Of a DNA stretch of 64,000 nucleotides, positions 9,862-22,711 are shown in pieces (positions within the stretch are counted from its first letter, which is position 1; every line of letters begins with the position of its first letter). Under the pieces are notes generated by a model that was not told where the DNA came from, made no database searches, and saw only the letters and a program-made list of their open reading frames with translations. Origin of the DNA: Pseudobutyrivibrio sp. (GTDB lineage Bacteria > Bacillota > Clostridia > Lachnospirales > Lachnospiraceae). The stretch is from NCBI RefSeq assembly GCF_017557435.1, contig NZ_JAFYYR010000021.1; one strand, 5' to 3'. The translations under genes were made by a program, and so were the position numbers.

Positions 9862-10051
9862 ATTCCTTCCTTTTGTCTCAAAATCTAGTTTGACTGATCA
9901 GTACATGTAAAATGATAACACATTTGGAGTTGATTGTGAACACTTTATTACGTAAAAATCTCGAAAATGTAATATTTTCGTAATATAAAAGCTTAGCATC
10001 CGGGCCAAAGCCCTTTAGCTAAGCTTTTATAGTAATATATTGGATGAATCT

Positions 10052-10885
10052 TTAAATAAGATTTAAGTGCTCAAATGCCTTGTATAGTCCGTCATTTGCC
10101 ACTGTATCAGTGATGTAGTCTGCTGCAGCTTTTGCTTCTTCACGTCCGCTCCCCATACATACACTGTAACTGCAACACTCAAACATAGGGATATCAATTT
10201 GCGCATCTCCAAATGCCATGGTATCCTCTGGCTTTTCATTTAGATGATTAAGCAAGACATCAATGGCGCGCGCCTTTGTAATTCCCTTTACACCAATGTC
10301 ACCAAATAGGGCTTCCTCTCCGGCTCCACCCCAGGTACCATTCTGTAAATCTGGAAATTCTTCACATGCATCTAAATAATCCTGATAAGAAGTAAGCACG
10401 TAGCTAACTTTGTTCAAATCGTCCCTATAGAGTTGCCCATCAAATATCATCTCTGGGAAAATATCTCGCACAGTAATATCACCTATGTTTTGCTTCCCCT
10501 TGTTGGCAGAATATTTGATTAAGGCCTCTAAAGCTCCGGTTTCAAAATTCTCACTGGCAAAAAGACCATTATTACTTTCTAAATAAAATTCCAGTCCTTT
10601 TTCATGTAGCCAATCTACTATGTGCTTGCTTTGCTCCTTAGAAATCATCTGATGCATAATGACCTGGCCATCATGCTCCACGTAGCTGCCATTACCGCCT
10701 ATCATGCCATCAAGACCGATATTCCATATATTGTCATATACTTCAGCCTTGCTGCGGCCTGTGGTAATAAACACCTTGTGACCATTTTCTCTTGCTTTTC
10801 TAATAGCTAAAATAGCAGACTCTGGCAGATTATTTTCATAATCCACCAGAGTGCCATCAACATCTATAAATAAGATCTTTCCCAT
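10052..10885 (-). CDS. Cof-type HAD-IIB sugar-phosphate phosphatase
   Basis: 277 aa. Motif I FIDVDGTL, motif II ITTGR, motif IV FGDAQIDIPM. Start abuts the stop of the GH1 gene. Confidence 0.88.
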   Translation of the reverse strand: MGKILFIDVDGTLVDYENNLPESAILAIRKARENGHKVFITTGRSKAEVYDNIWNIGLDGMIGGNGSYVEHDGQVIMHQMISKEQSKHIVDWLHEKGLEFYLESNNGLFASENFETGALEALIKYSANKGKQNIGDITVRDIFPEMIFDGQLYRDDLNKVSYVLTSYQDYLDACEEFPDLQNGTWGGAGEEALFGDIGVKGITKARAIDVLLNHLNEKPEDTMAFGDAQIDIPMFECCSYSVCMGSGREEAKAAADYITDTVANDGLYKAFEHLNLI

Positions 10886-12337
<1,452 letters not shown>

Positions 12338-12374
12338 CTAACTTATTTCTTTATATACATATTATAAATATTTT

Positions 12375-14264
<1,890 letters not shown>

Positions 14265-14319
14265 TTATAACTATTTATTTCTTTTCCAGATCCTGCGCAC
14301 TGATCTGTAAAATTCAAAT

Positions 14320-14368
14320 AAAAAAACCCGCACAAAGACATAGATATACTCTATATATTCGTACAGGT
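14320..14368 (-). terminator. Leader terminator controlled by the RAT/LicT switch
   Basis: Imperfect stem (CCUGUAC...GUGCGGG with G-U pairs, inner AUAGA/UCUAU) followed by U7. Located between licT and the PTS gene. Confidence 0.6.
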
Positions 14369-14396
14369 TTAGCCGGCTAAAACGCCGTAACTATCC
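14361..14396 (-). promoter_or_regulatory. RAT (ribonucleic antiterminator) element upstream of the beta-glucoside PTS gene
   Basis: Minus strand GGATAGTTACGGCGTTTTAGCCGGCTAAACCTGTAC versus the consensus GGATTGTTACTGC....GCAGGCAAAACCT. Its 3' part overlaps the terminator stem. Confidence 0.8.
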
Positions 14397-14402
14397 ATTA
14401 AT

Positions 14403-15230
14403 CTATTTTCTATCGGTAATTCGAGAAATATGCACTACCAAGTAAAGCATTTCCTCGTCGGTAATTTCTTCTGGAAATTTGGATTCCATGTAGCTCTTAA
14501 TGCGCATCGCACACTTATAAGCCTCAGGAAACTTATTAATCATCATGTTAAACATGTCTACATTATCAGCTGGATAATACTCTCTTTTTTCAGCTCTCTG
14601 TAAAAAGTATTTTAAGTGAGTAATGAATCTCTCATATGACAATGTATTTTCATCAAGTGTAGTATTGAATGTGTATTTTACAATACTAACTATGTCGCTA
14701 ATCACCTCTGATGTCTCAAGAGTGTGATGCATGTTACCATCAAGCTCCGCATTTACAATATGCAGTGCAAAGAATCCTGCCTCGTCATCTGGAAGTGTAA
14801 CATCAAGACTTTCTTTTATCATGTCAAGTGCATGACATCCAATAGCATATTCAGCCTTGTAGAAATTCTTGATCTCCCACAGGAGCTTGTTCCTTAAAAC
14901 AGTTCCCGTCTTTGCTCGCTCAATTGCATATCCTAAATGGTCAGTAAGAGTAATGTAGATATTATCGCAAAGACGCTTGTTTAATGTATCACCAGCATAT
15001 GTAATAATCTCATCCGCCACCTGAATCTGTTCATATGGCATCTCTGAAACCAGCTGTTTGAACTGTTCGTTTTGTTTTTCCATGACGAAAGTTTTTTCTA
15101 TTTTACTTTCATCGATGTCGTCTCCCACTTTCTTTTGAAAGCAAAGCCCACATCCTGTATAAACTATTTCGTTTCCCTTGTCATCTAAGGCCAAGGCTGC
15201 ATTATTATTAAAAATCTTTTTAATCTTCAT
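14403..15230 (-). CDS. licT: BglG/LicT-family transcription antiterminator (CAT + PRD1 + PRD2)
   Basis: MKIKKIFNNNAALALDDKGNEIVYTGCGLCFQKKVGDDIDESKIEKTF... is close to B. subtilis LicT as remembered. PRD motif AGFFALHIVNAEL. ATG 15230 chosen, because the track start 15296 would run through the leader terminator. Confidence 0.92.
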   Translation of the reverse strand: MKIKKIFNNNAALALDDKGNEIVYTGCGLCFQKKVGDDIDESKIEKTFVMEKQNEQFKQLVSEMPYEQIQVADEIITYAGDTLNKRLCDNIYITLTDHLGYAIERAKTGTVLRNKLLWEIKNFYKAEYAIGCHALDMIKESLDVTLPDDEAGFFALHIVNAELDGNMHHTLETSEVISDIVSIVKYTFNTTLDENTLSYERFITHLKYFLQRAEKREYYPADNVDMFNMMINKFPEAYKCAMRIKSYMESKFPEEITDEEMLYLVVHISRITDRK

Positions 15231-15321
15231 TCTAGTGAGTCTTTCATTAAAAATATGTAAAAAAAATGACCAAATCAATCCCTTACATAATAACATAATC
15301 CTAGACTATGTGTAGTGGATG

Positions 15322-15354
15322 ATTCAGTCTTGCCTGCCTTGCAGTAACAATCCG
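15322..15354 (-). promoter_or_regulatory. Second, near-consensus RAT element in the licT leader
   Basis: Minus strand GGATTGTTACTGCAAGGCAGGCAAGACTGAATC. Downstream GGGATTGATTTGGTC plus a T8 run (15259-15282) can pair with GACTGAATCATCC to form a terminator ahead of ATG 15230. Confidence 0.8.
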
Positions 15355-15543
15355 AACTTATTGTTTACGTGATTACTTTACACAGAAAATTCACAGTTGT
15401 AAAGATGCCAAAAGCAATTTTTACGTTTTAGCAAAATCTTCAGTCCTCTATTTGTCAGTTTTACACAATCTTTTTTCTACTTAAAGGTTTAAGATAACGT
15501 CCAAGACTTCAACATTTTTCAAAAACTTAAATTTTCATTCAAC

Positions 15544-15573
15544 AAAAAAGGCAGTCAAGAAAACTTGACCGCC
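15544..15573 (-). terminator. Terminator of the MFS gene
   Basis: GGCGGTCAAG-TTTT-CTTGACTGCC followed by T6 on the minus strand. Confidence 0.8.
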
Positions 15574-15591
15574 TAAAAAATTCAAATGAAA

Positions 15592-16824
15592 TTAATTGCT
15601 TTTTTTATTAAGTGCTCTGTAAATCACAGTGAAAAGAACACCTACTACAGAGAATACACATGCAATAAGGAATGCTCTCTGGTAAACACCGTATTTTGCT
15701 ACAGTGTTTTTCATAATCATTGGTCCAAAGTATCCAGCCAATGCAAATCCAATAAACATGATACCGTAGTTTACTGAATTGTTCTTTGGTCCAAACTGAT
15801 CTGCTGTAAATCCAGGATAAACACCCATGAAAGAACCAAAGCTGATACCTACTACTGAAAGGCCTGCGTAGAACTGAGCTGTTGCTCCGGCACCTGTAAA
15901 GTAAAGACACAAAAGTCCTGCACCTCCTAAAACACATGCAAGTGTAAGAGTATTGATTCTACCAATCTTGTCAGAAAGTGTACCTGCTACAATACGACCG
16001 AAAGCATTGAAAAGTGCTAAAACAGATACTGCTACTGCTGCAGCCTCTGGTGTCATACCAACCATATTCTGAGCGATAGGTGAAGCCATTGGAATAACCA
16101 TCATACCTGTAAATGCACCGCATGTAAGAAGAAGGAGCATTGTGTAGAATACTGGTGTCTTAACCATACCCTTCCAGTCAAGATTCTTAGGAGCTGCTCC
16201 AGCTTTTGAAACTGCTGGCTCCCATCCTGCTGGCTTGTATCCCTCTGGACACTGCTCAAGGAAGAGACAAGATACTGCAATAAGAATAAGGAATGCAATA
16301 CCTACTGCCTTAAATGCAAATGTAGCATCAGTGCTTGCAACAACCTTTGTTACGATTGGAGGAAGAATAACTGAGCCCAATCCATATACAGCTGTTGTAA
16401 TACCGCCAATAAGTCCACGCTTGTCTGGGAAGAATTTTACACATGTAGAAATTGTGCTACCGTATGCCATTCCAAGTCCAAGACCACCAATAAGACCGTA
16501 TGTAACTACTAAGAAATTAATGCTTGTAGCAAAGCCTGAAAGGAACATACCAAGTCCCCACATGATACCGCCTACAAGGATAACTTTCTTAGGTCCAATC
16601 TTGTCATTGAACCAACCACCTGAAATCATTGTGATAGGGCCAACCGAGTTTGCTATAGTATATACAATACCTAAATCAAGGGCTGTAACATTCATACCAA
16701 GTGAAGTGTTGAAATAGTCAGCCATTGCTGAAGAAAAAATACTCCATGCATAAATAGAACCTAGGCAAAGATTAATAAAACATCCTGCCAGTAAAATAAT
16801 CCATCTTTTTTTGTCTAAATTCAT
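15592..16824 (-). CDS. MFS transporter, oxalate/formate antiporter (OFA)-like
   Basis: 410 aa, 12 TM. N-terminus RWIILLAGCFINLCLGSIYAWSIF is typical of OFA-type MFS. AAGGAG SD. Confidence 0.85.
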   Translation of the reverse strand: MNLDKKRWIILLAGCFINLCLGSIYAWSIFSSAMADYFNTSLGMNVTALDLGIVYTIANSVGPITMISGGWFNDKIGPKKVILVGGIMWGLGMFLSGFATSINFLVVTYGLIGGLGLGMAYGSTISTCVKFFPDKRGLIGGITTAVYGLGSVILPPIVTKVVASTDATFAFKAVGIAFLILIAVSCLFLEQCPEGYKPAGWEPAVSKAGAAPKNLDWKGMVKTPVFYTMLLLLTCGAFTGMMVIPMASPIAQNMVGMTPEAAAVAVSVLALFNAFGRIVAGTLSDKIGRINTLTLACVLGGAGLLCLYFTGAGATAQFYAGLSVVGISFGSFMGVYPGFTADQFGPKNNSVNYGIMFIGFALAGYFGPMIMKNTVAKYGVYQRAFLIACVFSVVGVLFTVIYRALNKKSN

Positions 16825-16949
16825 TATTATTCTCCTTAATACGTAATTTCACTACTACATATTCTAGCTAAAGCAATCCAATATGTCCCGGGTTTATTAA
16901 TTGCTCTTATTGATAATATTTTAACATTACCCTAATTATCTATACATCA

Positions 16950-16992
16950 ACAAAAAAGCAGTGGGCATAAACCTTTAGTTTATGCCCACTGT
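16950..16992 (-). terminator. Terminator after the zinc-ribbon gene and its stub
   Basis: 14-bp perfect stem CAGTGGGCATAAAC/GTTTATGCCCACTG followed by T6. Confidence 0.8.
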
Positions 16993-17045
16993 TGAAAAAC
17001 AATCCATTAATTAAAATGGACTTCCACTAATTACTTTAAAATCAC

Positions 17046-17096
17046 CTAGCATAATATCGGATTTTGATTTACAGCACCACACTTTTCACAGATCAT
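17046..17096 (-). pseudogene. 16-codon stub duplicating the SD and first 9 codons of the zinc-ribbon gene at 17167-18657 (MICEKCGAVNQNPILC*)
   Basis: 17071-17099 is identical over 29 nt to 18632-18660, with 16/20 further matches through the GGGAGGA SD. The stop falls where the second CxxC of the full gene would begin. Confidence 0.45.
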
Positions 17097-17166
17097 TATT
17101 CTATAATCCTCCCTGTACACCAAATTTAATTATTGCTAATCCAGTGTTGTTTGGCAAATTTCTTTA

Positions 17167-18657
17167 TTAATATGGGGATTTATCAAGCTCAATTAATTGT
17201 CCATCCACCCATAAATAATATTCATCATCTTCAGTTAACACCACCGCCGTGTAATTATTAAATGAACCTTCATCAGGATATAAACCTTTAACATCACTTA
17301 GTATTTCTACCGGATCACTTGCAGCATACCTAGACCAATATAGGCTACCTTCAGATAAGAAGACCACATCTCCATCCCTTTCAACAACATAATCTTCAAT
17401 TTCATAATCATCTCTCTTCTCTTCTAGATTTAGATAATACTTATCTAGACTGACTTCAAGCCTGTACTGAAAGATACTTTTATCAGCAACAAAAGTACAT
17501 ACAAAACCATCCACAAGATAATTTGCATAAAAAATATTTTCAAAATTCGTTGCAACAATAGAAGGCTTTGTATCAGGTTTGCACCAATAAAGTGCACCAT
17601 CATAGTTAACCAACAGCCATTTTGTGGCATTGTTAAAAACAGCATCTGACATTTTAGGTGCATTTATTTCCAAATCCTTAATTTCTTTTGTAGAAAAAGA
17701 AAATCTATATATTTCTCCATTATCCATATCTCTTAGAAAAATATAATTACCATGATAACGCTTCGAAATCCCAAAAGGAGCCAGCTTCTTTTCTCCTCTT
17801 ACTATCTCGATTACGGCATCCTCATCAGTGTAGTTTACTACATATTCTCCTTCATCCTCACACAGATATGCTACCGAATCCCCCAGTTCATCAACTGCCA
17901 TAGACATAACATTTTCATAGCGTAGTGTGCTTTTGCATGTCTTGTCATCATAACTATAAATTTCACCATCTTTGGTGCGATAATAACTATCCTTTTCTCC
18001 ATATGTTCCGATGCCATATATTTCACATACATTTTCAGCTATTTTACTTTTTTCTTCACCGTCGGCACATAAATATAGAGTCCCTGATTCACCATCTTTT
18101 GAATCTGAAAAATCAATATAGCGACATCTAGTATTGGAATAATTAAATAAAACAGTGGTCTTCTGTTCATCTATATTAGCCTTACTACAATACATTTTGC
18201 CATTGCTGTCATAAATACCATTGTTAAATGAATAGTATCGAATCCTACCATCTGACTCTTCTTGGTTTTCATAGGCCCATTCATTATCGTATGATAGGCT
18301 AATCAAATCTTCTTCTTTTCTTTGTTCAAAAAATGATTTTCCTTTCAATATAGCTCCAACTGAAATTATGATAGCTAATACAAGCAAACAAATAAGTCTT
18401 GCAGGTATATGTTTTCCATACTCATCTAGCTCTTCATCTGTTTCTATACTTTCAATATCTTCTACAATATCTACTTCTACATCTTCTATATCTTCTTTAT
18501 CGTGCTGTTCAGATAAAGGTTCTGACACCTTATCAGCTGGTGCAGTATCCCAGTTGATTCCATAATTATTCTTTGTTCCTAAAGTAACAAGTGCGCCGCA
18601 CTTTGGGCACATAATATGTCCATCTTCAATTACAGCACCACACTTTTCACAGATCAT
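17167..18657 (-). CDS. Zinc-ribbon membrane protein with large beta-propeller-like ectodomain
   Basis: 496 aa. N-terminal CEKCG...CPKCG zinc ribbon, acidic linker, one TM (LICLLVLAIIISVGAIL). C-terminal ~370 aa has recurring Y-Y / D-G-x-x-Y strand motifs. Confidence 0.8.
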   Translation of the reverse strand: MICEKCGAVIEDGHIMCPKCGALVTLGTKNNYGINWDTAPADKVSEPLSEQHDKEDIEDVEVDIVEDIESIETDEELDEYGKHIPARLICLLVLAIIISVGAILKGKSFFEQRKEEDLISLSYDNEWAYENQEESDGRIRYYSFNNGIYDSNGKMYCSKANIDEQKTTVLFNYSNTRCRYIDFSDSKDGESGTLYLCADGEEKSKIAENVCEIYGIGTYGEKDSYYRTKDGEIYSYDDKTCKSTLRYENVMSMAVDELGDSVAYLCEDEGEYVVNYTDEDAVIEIVRGEKKLAPFGISKRYHGNYIFLRDMDNGEIYRFSFSTKEIKDLEINAPKMSDAVFNNATKWLLVNYDGALYWCKPDTKPSIVATNFENIFYANYLVDGFVCTFVADKSIFQYRLEVSLDKYYLNLEEKRDDYEIEDYVVERDGDVVFLSEGSLYWSRYAASDPVEILSDVKGLYPDEGSFNNYTAVVLTEDDEYYLWVDGQLIELDKSPY

Positions 18658-18689
18658 TATGATATAGTCCTCCCTGTATATTGAGTATT

Positions 18690-18718
18690 ATATTACTACT
18701 CTAACATTACCCTGTCAA
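18690..18718 (-). promoter_or_regulatory. Promoter of the zinc-ribbon gene
   Basis: TTGACA (18713-18718), N17, TAATAT (18690-18695) on the minus strand. Confidence 0.55.
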
Positions 18719-18733
18719 TCGTTTTATAAATAT

Positions 18734-18766
18734 AAAAAACGACAGCCATTCCAGTAATGGTTGTCG
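18734..18766 (-). terminator. Terminator of the SNF/oxidoreductase/DUF815 operon
   Basis: Stem CGACAACCATT/AATGGCTGTCG (one wobble) followed by T6. Confidence 0.75.
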
Positions 18767-18782
18767 CTTTAAATTAGATAAT

Positions 18783-20087
18783 CTAATTGGTTCCCAACAA
18801 ATGATTAATGAACTGTTGGGCTGTACGACCTGATATGCCGCCATGGCTAAGCTCCCACTGCTTTGCCTCAGCAATAAGCTGCTCTTCATCCATTGTAATA
18901 CCTGCTCGCTTAGCAAGCTCTGTAACAATCACAACGTATTCCTTTGGCATTGGCTTTGAGTAACAGATTGTAACACCAAAACGATTAACAAGAGAAAGCT
19001 TCTCCTCCACTGTATCTGAGTGATGTCTGTCGTTTGAATTATCCTGGTCGTTTCTATCGTTCCATGTTTCCTTAATGAGATGTCTACGATTAGATGTAGC
19101 GTATATGAGAATATTGTCAGGGCGAGTCTCTACGCCACCCTCGATAACAGCCTTAAGGAACTTATACTCTATCTCATGCTCCTCAAATGATAAATCATCC
19201 ATATAGATAATAAACTTATAGTTTCTGTTTTTAATGGTAGCTATTATCTTAGACAAGTATTTAAACTGATGCTTATAAATCTCAATCATGCGAAGACCAT
19301 CATTGTAATATTGATTAACGATAGCCTTGATACTTGTAGACTTTCCTGTGCCGCTATCACCAAAAAGAAGCACATTATTAGCCTTCTTGCCAGCCACAAA
19401 GCTCTCAGTATTTTCAACAAGCTGCTGCTTTTGATACTCGTATCCAATCAAATCATCTAAGACCACCTCGTCCATGTTGTTGATTGGAACAAATTTAATA
19501 TCATTATCGCCGATTTCCTCTAGTCTAAAGGCCTTATTAAGACCAAACATTCCAACGCCATATGACTTATAAAAATCCGTAATTACGTTAAAGAATTGCT
19601 TTTCATCAGTAGCTGCCTCTAGTGCCTTAGATAGATTTCTCACCTTCTCGCTTACATTGCGATTGTACATCTGATCATTCTTATGAACAGCGCTATAATT
19701 AGTAAATACAGAAAATGAACCAATTCCAAGCTCCTTTTCAAGAGGACTAAAATCATAGTCAAATAGCTCTTTTAAAAGCTTAAAATCATTTTCCACCAGG
19801 TAATTTACAGAGCCTGGCTTAACGTCTGTTTTTTCTGTAACAAGAGAAAATGGATTCTCATTTGTAATAATGTAAAAGGCTATATAGTTGTGCCATAGGT
19901 TGTCATCGAAACCATAGTCTGTGGCAAGCATTAAAAGTCGCTTTGACACAGCATTAATATCCTTTGTCACTTCACGCTTGTTATAATCTCCAGACTCAAC
20001 TTTATCTATTACATTGCCCAACTGATAGAGAATGCTTTCCTCGCTTAAATCTCCAAACATAAGCAGTCTCGAAATCTTATCGTACAT
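18783..20087 (-). CDS. AAA-type ATPase, DUF815-like
   Basis: 434 aa. Walker A GDSGTGKST, Walker B IIYMDDLSF. Start overlaps the upstream stop (TAATG). Confidence 0.8.
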   Translation of the reverse strand: MYDKISRLLMFGDLSEESILYQLGNVIDKVESGDYNKREVTKDINAVSKRLLMLATDYGFDDNLWHNYIAFYIITNENPFSLVTEKTDVKPGSVNYLVENDFKLLKELFDYDFSPLEKELGIGSFSVFTNYSAVHKNDQMYNRNVSEKVRNLSKALEAATDEKQFFNVITDFYKSYGVGMFGLNKAFRLEEIGDNDIKFVPINNMDEVVLDDLIGYEYQKQQLVENTESFVAGKKANNVLLFGDSGTGKSTSIKAIVNQYYNDGLRMIEIYKHQFKYLSKIIATIKNRNYKFIIYMDDLSFEEHEIEYKFLKAVIEGGVETRPDNILIYATSNRRHLIKETWNDRNDQDNSNDRHHSDTVEEKLSLVNRFGVTICYSKPMPKEYVVIVTELAKRAGITMDEEQLIAEAKQWELSHGGISGRTAQQFINHLLGTN

Positions 20088-21097
20088 TATTCTTGCCTCG
20101 CTTTCTTAAGTACCTCAACTACCATAATTGATTCTTCAAGTAATTCTTTTGCCTTATCAGAATTTTTACTATCGATGATTTCCGCAAAATCAATAAACTC
20201 CTGAGTCATTCTATGTCTCATCTCAGGCTTTGTAAATTTCTCTTCATGGACCTGTCTTTTAACAGAACCTGCTGCATCAAGTGTGGTGTCACCTGTAGAT
20301 TTCATTGTAACAATTGTCAGGCTATCACTTGAATTAGGCTTGCCATTGACTGTCATATATCCATCCTCACCCTGTATGGATACAAAGCTTGGGCTGTCTG
20401 AGTCCTTAGCCCCTGTACACATAGCGCTAAATCCATCATAGGATAGAATAAGCATGCCTGAAGTATCTACGCCGTTAAATCCTCTATTAGGATAATATTT
20501 CACCTCATTTGGCATACCAAAGAGAGCTACAGCATAGTGGATATTGTAAACATTAATATCGCCAAGAGCGCCTCCTCCTAAAGCAGGATCAAAGGCAGGT
20601 GCCACAACACCATTTTTATAGTCATCATAGCGGCTTGAATACTGAGAATAATTGGCCATAAACATCTTCTTAGGACCAAGCTCTACAAGGGCTTCTTTTG
20701 CCTTATCAAACACAGGATTATGAAGCACAGTGATTGCCTCCAATAAAAAGAGTCCCTTTTTTTCAGCAATGGTCTTAAGCTCCAAGGCCTGTTCTAATGT
20801 GTCTGTAAATGGCTTTTCTAAAATAACATTTTTACCTGCAAGAAGTGCTTCCTTTGAATACTGATAGTGGGCACTATTTACAAGTCCTATATACACTGTA
20901 TCGCAGGCTGAGTCTGCAAGTAGCTTGCCGTAATCAGTGTAAACTTTCTTAATTCCATACTGACTAGCCAGCTCATCAGCTTTTTCCTTGCTGTGAGGTC
21001 TGGCAAATATTGCCACTTTTTCAATCTCAGATAATTCCTCTATTGCAAAGAGGGCCTCGTGAACTATTTTTCCAGTTCCTATAATTGCTAATTTCAT
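20087..21097 (-). CDS. Gfo/Idh/MocA-family NAD(P)-dependent oxidoreductase
   Basis: Rossmann N-terminus MKLAIIGTGKIVHEA, EKP motif NVILEKPF. ATG 21097 preceded by AGGGGGA (track ORF extended to 21154). Confidence 0.88.
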   Translation of the reverse strand: MKLAIIGTGKIVHEALFAIEELSEIEKVAIFARPHSKEKADELASQYGIKKVYTDYGKLLADSACDTVYIGLVNSAHYQYSKEALLAGKNVILEKPFTDTLEQALELKTIAEKKGLFLLEAITVLHNPVFDKAKEALVELGPKKMFMANYSQYSSRYDDYKNGVVAPAFDPALGGGALGDINVYNIHYAVALFGMPNEVKYYPNRGFNGVDTSGMLILSYDGFSAMCTGAKDSDSPSFVSIQGEDGYMTVNGKPNSSDSLTIVTMKSTGDTTLDAAGSVKRQVHEEKFTKPEMRHRMTQEFIDFAEIIDSKNSDKAKELLEESIMVVEVLKKARQE

Positions 21098-21177
21098 TAA
21101 AGAAATCCCCCTGTAAAAGTCTTTATAATAAGATACTTCTACAGGGGGATACATTTCAACTATTATTTACTTTTCTT

Positions 21178-22548
21178 TTACATTTGAATGATTCCAAATA
21201 CATTCAATATGGCGCTAACTAAAATAATAATAACAAATAGAGGGCAGAGGTACTTAATCATAAAACGAAAAACCATCTTACGCTTAAATGGGTGATTGTC
21301 TTGCTCCACCTCTTCCTCTAACCTTGAGATTCCCATGAATTTAACAACCAATAAGCAAATTGCAAGAGCAGCTATTGGCATCATAATTGAATTAGTAAGG
21401 AAATCAAAGAAATCCAAAAACTGCATTCCGATAATACGTACATCATCTAAAGGTCCGTACCCTAAAGATGACAGGCTGCCAAGTGCCACCATAATAATAG
21501 CTATTACATTAACTCCACGCTTCCTATCCCAGTGGAACTCATCGGCAAATGTAGCTACTGCACTCTCTGTAAGGGCAATAGCACTTGTAACAGCAGCAAA
21601 AAGAACAAGTGCAAAGAATAAAATACCAATCAACTTTCCAAATCCCATGCTGGCAAAAATCTTTGGCATTGTAATAAACATTAAAGATGGGCCTGCATTA
21701 AGCTGTCCCTCATCCCCACCTGAAAAGGCAAATACTGCTGGGATAATCATAAGGCTGGCAAATATAGCAATGGCCGTATCAAAGACCTCAACCTGCTCTG
21801 TAGAATTCTCGATGCTGACCTCTCTTTTTACATAAGAACCAAATGTAATAAGAATACCCATTGCAATAGACAGTGAATAAAACATCTGTCCCATTGCTGT
21901 CACCAAGGTCATAATAGAAAAATGCTTAAAGTTAGGAATGAATAGGTACTTCACTCCTGAGATAGCTCCTGGTCTTGTAACTGAATAAATACAGATAACA
22001 ACTGCAAGAACTACAAGTATAGGCATAACTATTTTAGACACACGCTCTATACCATTTTCTACACCCATATATATGACTGCAAGAACTAGTATCGTAAATA
22101 CGATAAACCAGATTTCTGTACTCCATCCATCTGATATGAAATCAGAAAAGAAAGTATCTGTGGCTATTTGGTTGATATCGCTTCTAATGAATTCAAACAA
22201 ATACTTGCACACCCAGCCACCAATTACCGAATAATATGGAACAATAAGTATAGGAATGATGGCATTTATCCATCCACCTATTTTCATAAGCTTATTATTG
22301 TTGCTGAGGATATTAAATGCACCTACCGGACTCTTTTGTGTAGAGCGTCCAATAGCTGTCTCAGCAATAATCATTGTATAACCAAAAGTCAATGCCAATA
22401 CAATATATACAAGTAAAAAGATTCCTCCACCATACTTAGCACATAAATATGGAAAACGCCATATATTTCCAAGTCCTACTGAGGCACCAGCCGCAGCCAG
22501 AACAAATCCTATTTTTCCTGAAAAGGAACTACGCTTCTCTTGTTGCAA
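21178..22548 (-). CDS. Sodium-dependent transporter, neurotransmitter:sodium symporter (SNF) family
   Basis: 456 aa. GLGNIWRFPYL motif, 11-12 TM. TTG start with GAAGGGAG SD. Confidence 0.9.
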   Translation of the reverse strand: MQQEKRSSFSGKIGFVLAAAGASVGLGNIWRFPYLCAKYGGGIFLLVYIVLALTFGYTMIIAETAIGRSTQKSPVGAFNILSNNNKLMKIGGWINAIIPILIVPYYSVIGGWVCKYLFEFIRSDINQIATDTFFSDFISDGWSTEIWFIVFTILVLAVIYMGVENGIERVSKIVMPILVVLAVVICIYSVTRPGAISGVKYLFIPNFKHFSIMTLVTAMGQMFYSLSIAMGILITFGSYVKREVSIENSTEQVEVFDTAIAIFASLMIIPAVFAFSGGDEGQLNAGPSLMFITMPKIFASMGFGKLIGILFFALVLFAAVTSAIALTESAVATFADEFHWDRKRGVNVIAIIMVALGSLSSLGYGPLDDVRIIGMQFLDFFDFLTNSIMMPIAALAICLLVVKFMGISRLEEEVEQDNHPFKRKMVFRFMIKYLCPLFVIIILVSAILNVFGIIQM

Positions 22549-22634
22549 AATAATACTCCCTTCAATTATTTAATCTCGCTTAAATAGTCTACTATAACCC
22601 CGAATACTTTACCACCAAAAAGTGTAAAAGTTCT

Positions 22635-22674
22635 AAACAAAATACAGGGATCAGCCCCGTGCTAATCCCTGTAT
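22635..22674 (-). terminator. Terminator of the ZIP transporter gene
   Basis: 10-bp stem ATACAGGGAT/ATCCCTGTAT with a 13-nt GC-rich loop, followed by TTTTGTTT. Confidence 0.7.
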
Positions 22675-22711
22675 TAATAAAGCATTTTTAAATAATTAAA
22701 TGTAAGAATAA

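Noticed and set aside
14403-15296. Longer N-terminal extensions given by the ORF track (15296, 4205, 21154, 25187, 27216, 27792, 29086, 31491, 36036, 40074)
   Set aside because: The extensions start at GTG/TTG or upstream ATGs without an SD, run through leaders, terminators or repeats, and add residues absent from the family N-termini. Internal ATGs with good SDs were chosen instead.
16922-18713. Shared 12-mer TAACATTACCCT at 16922-16933 and 18702-18713, as a possible regulator site
   Set aside because: Hundreds of identical 12-mer pairs are expected by chance in 2 x 64 kb, and the surrounding promoter elements do not align.
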